Below, one piece after another: positions 58,797-64,000 of a stretch of 64,000 nucleotides of DNA (within the stretch, counting starts at the first letter, position 1; each line of letters begins with the position of its first letter). A program made the translations under genes and the position numbers. Origin of the DNA: a virus; the IMG/VR virus record IMGVR_UViG_3300045988_179268, positions 255,427 through 319,426 of that record; one strand, written 5' to 3'. The notes beneath the pieces were generated by a model. The model saw nothing but the letters and a program-made list of their open reading frames with translations, ran no database searches and was not told the origin of the DNA.

Positions 58797-59606
58797 TTAC
58801 TGTGGTGTGTTTGTTGCGGCAGGCTGAGCTACTGTCTGCGCGCCGCCTTTAACGTATGCGCTGTGGTTTGCCTGCTTTACGTGAAGCACTAGGATTGTCT
58901 TGCCAGTGTAGGTGGCGTTCGGTTCATAGTGTAGGAAGCCCTGGATGCGCGTGTTGTAGTTGTTCTTAATTGCTTGACGGGCGTTGTTTAGGGTGATGGG
59001 GCGTAGACCGTTTGCGCGAATATCAGCTTCATTGCCCTTAATCTGAGGTGCCACTACAGCGTATTCTTCCCCGCCTTCTGCAACGTCGTCAAGGATGACA
59101 ATTTCTGCATACTTGTCAGCGGAGAGGATGCCGTTCTGCTCCTTGCTGTCAGCTGGTTTAATCTTGTACTCGTTGATTGGTTGGGCAACAACGCTTGAAC
59201 CTGAGATGACAGGGGCACCTTCAAGGGCGTTAATAATATCGGTTAGTTTCTGTTTATCTGCATCAGTTGCCTCACCAGTGTGGTTGGGGTTAGGGACGAC
59301 AGGGTTTTCTGCCGTATTTGTAGAGTTATTGGGTTCAGTGGTTACGTCGCCCTGTACGGTCGTAATAGTACCCGGTTTCTGTTCCTCAGTCCCGTTCATG
59401 CCGGTGGCGTAGTCGTTACCCTGGGCGTATTCGGGATGCTGAGCGTCACGGCTGGCTTCAAGTGTTACAGGTGAAGTGGGGGTTGCCGAGGCTGAGGCTG
59501 TTGCTGAGGGGGTATTAGTGTCAGTGGTGTTGCTTGCGGTCTGTGGGGCGCACGCCGAGAGTGCTACTGTGAGGGTGAGGAGGGTTAGCGCCAGAGGCTT
59601 CTTCAT
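58797..59606 (-). CDS. Lipoprotein
   Basis: MKKPLALTLLTLTVALSAC carries the lipobox LSAC, followed by a Thr/Ser/Ala/Pro-rich linker. ATG sits 6 nt after AAGGA. Confidence 0.8.
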   Translation of the reverse strand: MKKPLALTLLTLTVALSACAPQTASNTTDTNTPSATASASATPTSPVTLEASRDAQHPEYAQGNDYATGMNGTEEQKPGTITTVQGDVTTEPNNSTNTAENPVVPNPNHTGEATDADKQKLTDIINALEGAPVISGSSVVAQPINEYKIKPADSKEQNGILSADKYAEIVILDDVAEGGEEYAVVAPQIKGNEADIRANGLRPITLNNARQAIKNNYNTRIQGFLHYEPNATYTGKTILVLHVKQANHSAYVKGGAQTVAQPAATNTPQ

Positions 59607-59699
59607 ATGTTATCCTTGTAATGTATTAGGTGAGGTGCCCCGACTTTGGGGCACCTGATTAGCACCTGTTCTTTTAAGAATATCAGATATGGTGGCTAT

Positions 59700-60554
59700 A
59701 TGCGCAATAATCACGAAAATATTAAGAGTTCAGAGGGTACTGGCGAGGGGCATAAAATTTCTCGCCGTGTACTACTATTTGGTGGGGCGGCGGCAGTTGT
59801 TGGCGGCGGCTGGTGGGGATTATCGACTTATCGACCATATGTAGGGAAAGATAACACTATTCGGGTGCCTTATACAGCAATTCACCAAGACGCTGTGCCG
59901 GTAGCTACAACTGATGCTGGGCAGGCGGTGTACCAGCCACCGGCTGACCTTGAGGGCGATAAAATGCCCGTACTTGACGACTACACTCTATATGCACCTG
60001 AGCCAGCCCATGAGGTACACGCCCCGGCTTGCGAGGCTGATGCCAATAAGATAACCAGCGAAATACCCGTAAACCTTCCAGCCTTCGGGTGGCACATACC
60101 GTCTCTAGGGGTTTCTTCTAGCATGATTTCTAGTGGTGTTCAGAATGGGCGAATGGTGCTCCCCATCACAACTGACGGTTCAGGCATCTGGTATTCACCC
60201 TCTAACCCTATCTCCGCTACTGAGGGCTCCACAATCCTTGCGGGTCACGTTAATAAGCAGAACTATTATTTGTCGCCGTGGGGATACCTTCACCGACTCA
60301 AGGGGTGCGAGAGGGTGTTTGTTACTGATGGGGCGGGAAAAGTTACCCAGTGGCATGTTGCCGAGATGTACACAGTCCCACAAAGCGACCTGACGAAAGT
60401 TGATGAGATGTGGCAGAAAACTGGTTCACGCTCACTATGGCTTGTAACGTGCGCAGGCTTTCAGGTGGGGAATGACGGCGCGTCAGCTTATGGCAACACT
60501 TTTGGATTTGGGTATCAGTATAATCTTGTCGTTAAATGTGAGCCATGTGTTTAA
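59700..60554 (+). CDS. Sortase-like transpeptidase (class F-like)
   Basis: N-terminal TM anchor VLLFGGAAAVVGGGWWGL. His motif STILAGHVN. Cys motif SLWLVTCAG. Tail YQYNLVVKCE resembles class F Y-x-D-N-V-V-V, but the usual Arg after the Cys is not evident. Confidence 0.6.
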   Translation: MRNNHENIKSSEGTGEGHKISRRVLLFGGAAAVVGGGWWGLSTYRPYVGKDNTIRVPYTAIHQDAVPVATTDAGQAVYQPPADLEGDKMPVLDDYTLYAPEPAHEVHAPACEADANKITSEIPVNLPAFGWHIPSLGVSSSMISSGVQNGRMVLPITTDGSGIWYSPSNPISATEGSTILAGHVNKQNYYLSPWGYLHRLKGCERVFVTDGAGKVTQWHVAEMYTVPQSDLTKVDEMWQKTGSRSLWLVTCAGFQVGNDGASAYGNTFGFGYQYNLVVKCEPCV

Positions 60555-60560
60555 AAGAGC

Positions 60561-60601
60561 AAAGTCGCCCTAGTCATAAAATGAATGGCTAGGGCGACTT
60601 T
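60561..60601. terminator. Bidirectional hairpin
   Basis: 13-bp stem aaagtcgccctag/ctagggcgacttt. Confidence 0.8.
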
Positions 60602-60620
60602 TATTGCCTTTTACTGACGG

Positions 60621-61439
60621 TTAGTTGGCGGCGAACCAGTACGCTACGGGAATCCAGACGACACCATCATTACCTGTAGTAATTGCACGACCAGACACAC
60701 CCTCCATATAGACGGGTCCCATGCCAAAATTCGTTCCCTCAATCTTACTCATAAAAGCCCACGCTACCGTTGCCGCGTCAGCACCCATTAGCTTCTCACC
60801 AATAATTTCCGTTTCAAGGTCAGTGACAACAATACCGACGGACGGCGCAGGGTCGCCTGCGTAGAAAAGGGCATCAATACTATGTCCCTGAGCAACCTTG
60901 CGGCTACCAACCTTTACACCAACCCAGCCAGGAAGAAATTCTACCGGCGGCTCATCCGACTTATAGGAGGGGGCTTCAATCATGCGGTACGTTGCGAACG
61001 TTACGCGACAATCCACCGTGTGCGCGTTTAGGGGCATGTTGATTACGTTCATATTGCCGTTTTCGTCAAACTTAAACGGTTTAAGTTCACTGTTCTTAAC
61101 CTTCAAGCCACCAACGGGGAAGGAAACATGCTTAGCCAGATACAGAACCTTCTCCTCATCACCTTCTGTGAAGTAAATAAAAGATGGGTTCAGGGAGAAG
61201 ATGGCGGTGGCAATTGCCTTAGGCGAAGAGTTGATGGTCAGCGGGCGGCGAGACATCACCGATAACTGGAAAATGGAGGTGGGACCCTGTGGGATGTGAA
61301 GCAGGTTAGCGCCATCTACGACAAGGAAAATTGCGAGATGACCGCCTTTGTCGTAGTTAAAAAGAAGCTGAGCGTTTGCGGATTCATTGACAGTACGGGT
61401 AGGGGTTACCAAACTAGGGTTGGTGAAGTTAGTGGACAC
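60621..61439 (-). CDS. Hypothetical protein
   Basis: GTG 61439 sits 5 nt after AAGGAGG on the minus strand. The ORF-track extension to 61520 overlaps the divergent promoter. Confidence 0.7.
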   Translation of the reverse strand: MSTNFTNPSLVTPTRTVNESANAQLLFNYDKGGHLAIFLVVDGANLLHIPQGPTSIFQLSVMSRRPLTINSSPKAIATAIFSLNPSFIYFTEGDEEKVLYLAKHVSFPVGGLKVKNSELKPFKFDENGNMNVINMPLNAHTVDCRVTFATYRMIEAPSYKSDEPPVEFLPGWVGVKVGSRKVAQGHSIDALFYAGDPAPSVGIVVTDLETEIIGEKLMGADAATVAWAFMSKIEGTNFGMGPVYMEGVSGRAITTGNDGVVWIPVAYWFAAN

Positions 61440-61493
61440 ATTTTCCTCCTTAGAAATTTTGAATGTCTCTACATTGTAGCACAACAGTACAGG

Positions 61494-61521
61494 TTGTAAG
61501 CATAGAAATATGTGGTACAAT
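61494..61521 (+). promoter_or_regulatory. Promoter, TTGTAA-N16-TGTGGTACAAT
   Basis: The motif is at 61511-61521. Confidence 0.6.
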
Positions 61522-61558
61522 ATTTTTAGTTGAAAATTTTCCTACCAGGAGGCAAACC

Positions 61559-62119
61559 TTGAAGACCATCGACACTGAAAAGCTTACCCAGGCTCCCGCT
61601 ACTGACGGCATTTGGGAAATCCTTGATGACACCAAGGAGCATACTTTTAATACCGACATTCAGGAAGCAACCACTATTGAGCAGTATATTGAGGAACACC
61701 CTAAGATGCCTCTCGACATTGCTTACGATAAGGTAGATGAGCTAAACGAAGAAATTATTGCCAGCAACGCGCATGTGCTTCGCGAAATGTCCAAGAAGCA
61801 TGGCGAGGCATACGCTCAGAACATCGCAACGCTTTATGAATCTATCGCATCCGACATCTACCGCAACACTGGCGATTTCGGCATCGCAGGCGACCCGACT
61901 TTCATGTTTGCTGAAATTGGTCTGCTTCGTACCGTCTCTCCGGGCGGTATCCCGCTGGACACCTTCGAAGAGATGATTTCTTGCGGCTCACTCACTTACA
62001 ACATTGCATACAGCAACCTTGGTGGCAATATCGCGTTCAAGGACAACCCCGGCAATGATGAAGCGGCACGTAAGCTGTACAACATCTTCTACAATGCCGC
62101 CAAGGAACGGTTGCTTTAA
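61559..62119 (+). CDS. Hypothetical protein
   Basis: TTG 61559 sits 6 nt after AGGAGG. Confidence 0.65.
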   Translation: MKTIDTEKLTQAPATDGIWEILDDTKEHTFNTDIQEATTIEQYIEEHPKMPLDIAYDKVDELNEEIIASNAHVLREMSKKHGEAYAQNIATLYESIASDIYRNTGDFGIAGDPTFMFAEIGLLRTVSPGGIPLDTFEEMISCGSLTYNIAYSNLGGNIAFKDNPGNDEAARKLYNIFYNAAKERLL

Positions 62120-62179
62120 TGCCACTCGATGCTATAAACTCATTACCTTAAAAGAATCACCAAAAAGGAAGGGCTAGGA

Positions 62180-62410
62180 ATGTTTTCTGGCTTGATTAAG
62201 ATTTTCAAGAAGCCAGCTGAGCCGGAGAATGGGTACTCCACAGAATCCAGCAAAGACCCTAAGCCTGTCTCTGATGTACCCTTAGTAGAGGGCGGGGCAG
62301 GCCAAGTCGATACTCGCATCATTCGCCTAAACACAGCTGATGTTGCACGTGCGCAGACCCGCGCAACGGGCGTTGGGGGAGCAACCCTCATTGACCCTAT
62401 CAGGTTTTAA
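62180..62410 (+). CDS. Hypothetical small protein
   Basis: ATG follows AAGGAAGGG. Confidence 0.6.
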   Translation: MFSGLIKIFKKPAEPENGYSTESSKDPKPVSDVPLVEGGAGQVDTRIIRLNTADVARAQTRATGVGGATLIDPIRF

Positions 62411-62418
62411 CTAAAGAT

Positions 62419-62461
62419 AAGTGAAGCACCCCTGTCATTAGAAGGCGGGGGTGCTTCACTT
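62419..62461 (+). terminator. Hairpin terminator
   Basis: 14-bp stem aagtgaagcacccc/ggggtgcttcactt. Confidence 0.75.
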
Positions 62462-62605
62462 ATGATACTATAGAGTCGTTCACACCCATCCAGTAGTATA
62501 ATTAACCTTGAGTCCAACTTGCACAAAATTGTATATTACTGTAGTCAGCTGTTGATAAAATTAGCGCCTTATGAGATACTGAGTGTACACGAAAGGAGGA
62601 ACCTA

Positions 62606-63877
62606 ATGCAACTGGCGGAGCGGCACCTTATCAAGCCGAATCACGAGCTCTATCCTATACTGGATGACTTAACGTTCAAGGCTAAGAATCTTTACAATCA
62701 TGGGCTGTATCTTTATCGTCAGTCGTATTTTGAGCACAAAAAGAACTCTGAAACCCCTGTTTTGTCATGGGCTGATATTGATAAGAGCCTGCGGAAGCAA
62801 GGTCACGTAGACATGCGCGCCCTGCCGTCTAAGGTTGCTAACGCCGTGCTGAAAAACTTAGGCGAAAACATCACTTCGTTTTGGAAGCTGGTGCACCTAA
62901 AAAATAGCGGCAAACTGGCGCAGAACCCTAAGCTTCCTGGTTATCTGCATAAGACTGATGGGCGTTATGCTTTGTCTTTTAATTATCAGACTTTTGGTGC
63001 TAAGCGCGGTTCCAATAATGAGCTGTTTTTGTGCCCAAAAGGTATTAACCTACCCATTTCCACTAAGGTTGATAATCCCAAGCAGGTTCGTATTGTACCT
63101 AGCCACAATAATTTTATTATTGAGGTTGTTTATGATGCAGAAGAGAGTGTGCCTAAAAGCACGTCTAGATATGCTGGTATTGATTTAGGAGTAGATAATT
63201 TTGCTACCGTCACATTCTCCACCCAAAATAACCCGTTAATTATTAAGGGTCTTGAGCTAAAGTCTATCAATCAGGGCTACAACCGCCTTATTACCAAAGC
63301 GCAAACCCTGCTCCCCAAAACCCAGAAGACAAGTCGGTCCATCCACCGTCTTTGGTCACGCCGCTCATGGGTTCTTCGAACGAAAATCCATCAGATGACG
63401 GCTTTCCTCACCACTCTTTTTGACGAGATGCAGATTGAAAAAGTCTTTATCGGGAAAAACAATAACTGGAAGCAGAAATTGCCTTTTGGTAAGAAGGTTA
63501 AACAGCGCTTCGTTTATCTCCCTTATGAAACTTTCATCGAGCAATTGCAGTATAAATGTCAATTGCGAGGAATTACTGTTGTCATACAGGAAGAGTCATA
63601 CACATCTAAGGCTAGTTTCTTGGATAGCGACGATATTCCTGTTTACGGTGAAACAGATAACCCGAAGTTTTCTGGACGCAGGATTAACCGAGGACTCTAC
63701 CGCACTGGTGATGGTCAGTTAATAAATGCTGACGTTAATGGGTCGTATAACATTCTGCGAAAAGGACTAGCAAATAGTCGCCTGTCTTTCAAGGTGCATA
63801 ACCCATTAATTCATCCTCTTGTTGTCAAGGGTATTGGAGAAGAATCTAACGAAAAGTTGGTTCGTCTATACATGTAA
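62606..63877 (+). CDS. tnpB: TnpB (IS605 OrfB family) RNA-guided nuclease, 423 aa
   Basis: ATG 62606 follows AAAGGAGG. GIDLGVDNFATV (RuvC-I Asp). IGKNNNWKQKLPFGKKVKQRFVYLPY. VVIQEESYTSKASFLD (Glu). RGLYRTGDGQLINADVNGSYNILRKG (Asp). No Cys zinc finger between the last two motifs. Confidence 0.9.
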   Translation: MQLAERHLIKPNHELYPILDDLTFKAKNLYNHGLYLYRQSYFEHKKNSETPVLSWADIDKSLRKQGHVDMRALPSKVANAVLKNLGENITSFWKLVHLKNSGKLAQNPKLPGYLHKTDGRYALSFNYQTFGAKRGSNNELFLCPKGINLPISTKVDNPKQVRIVPSHNNFIIEVVYDAEESVPKSTSRYAGIDLGVDNFATVTFSTQNNPLIIKGLELKSINQGYNRLITKAQTLLPKTQKTSRSIHRLWSRRSWVLRTKIHQMTAFLTTLFDEMQIEKVFIGKNNNWKQKLPFGKKVKQRFVYLPYETFIEQLQYKCQLRGITVVIQEESYTSKASFLDSDDIPVYGETDNPKFSGRRINRGLYRTGDGQLINADVNGSYNILRKGLANSRLSFKVHNPLIHPLVVKGIGEESNEKLVRLYM

Positions 63878-64000
63878 CCCTAAGCTTATGGCGAGGGGGT
63901 AGAGGTACTGTAGGGTGCCTATAACAGGTTCTACCTGTTATGAATTAAATGCAACGGATAGTTGTTTTTGCAACAATTCGATACACCATTTAAACCTATG
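63857..64000 (+). ncRNA. Putative omega-RNA scaffold / right end of the full-length element
   Basis: It overlaps the tnpB 3' end and runs to the element terminus, as omega-RNAs do in characterised TnpB systems. The hairpin is ataacag-gttctac-ctgttat. The 5' boundary is unknown. Confidence 0.5.

Larger units (their letters stand above)
62496..64000 (+). mobile_element. tnpB-only IS200/IS605-family (IS1341-type) element, full-length copy; its last base or bases may lie just beyond the window
   Basis: The left end gtataattaaccttgagtccaacttgcacaaaattgtat and the right end ...caattcgatacaccatttaaacctatg are shared with the two miniature copies. No tnpA is present in the window. Confidence 0.8.

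Noticed and set aside
26414-64000. Whether the three ~140-nt repeats could be a CRISPR-like array
   Set aside because: The copies are 29 kb and 8 kb apart. Each is the terminus of a larger IS-type element with a matching left end. There are no short regularly spaced repeats anywhere in the window.

Overview
The window is densely packed with mostly plus-strand genes and looks like part of a large phage or other large mobile element of a Gram-positive host. Supporting signs are strong Shine-Dalgarno sites, many hairpin terminators, seven tRNA genes, an HU gene, a sortase and a wall-anchor signal. I recognise no virion hallmark genes here, and most products are hypothetical. No searches or computations were run. 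All family calls rest on motifs read by eye, and coordinates were hand-counted.

The features that stand out are:
- **Beta-helix family.** Eight paralogous beta-helix proteins, seven of them in tandem at 14253-23576 and one at 6138-7322. All share an unrecognised Cys/His block, C-x5-H-x(3-6)-C-x-C followed by [WY]xPL.
- **820-aa family.** Four tandem paralogues of about 820 aa at 42845-53191, one of them frameshifted. Their extreme N-terminal H...C-x(5-7)-CPY...H knuckle recurs in three other large genes.
- **tnpB element.** A tnpB-only IS605/IS1341-type element at 62496-64000, plus two tnpB-less miniature copies of about 460 bp at 26096-26557 and 55058-55516. The miniatures keep the left end and the omega-RNA-like right end. 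Each sits directly behind a promoter and in front of a gene.
- **Second TnpB.** A divergent 533-aa TnpB-like protein at 8684-10285.
- **VWA plus ATPase.** A VWA protein paired with a MoxR-like AAA+ ATPase.
- **Cargo block.** A wall-anchored DUF11 surface protein, a lipoprotein and a class-F-like sortase.
- **Promoter motifs.** Two recurrent promoter-like motifs, TGTGnTAnAnT and CTTTGATATATAG.
- **Possible ncRNAs.** Two units bounded by a promoter and a terminator with no convincing ORF.
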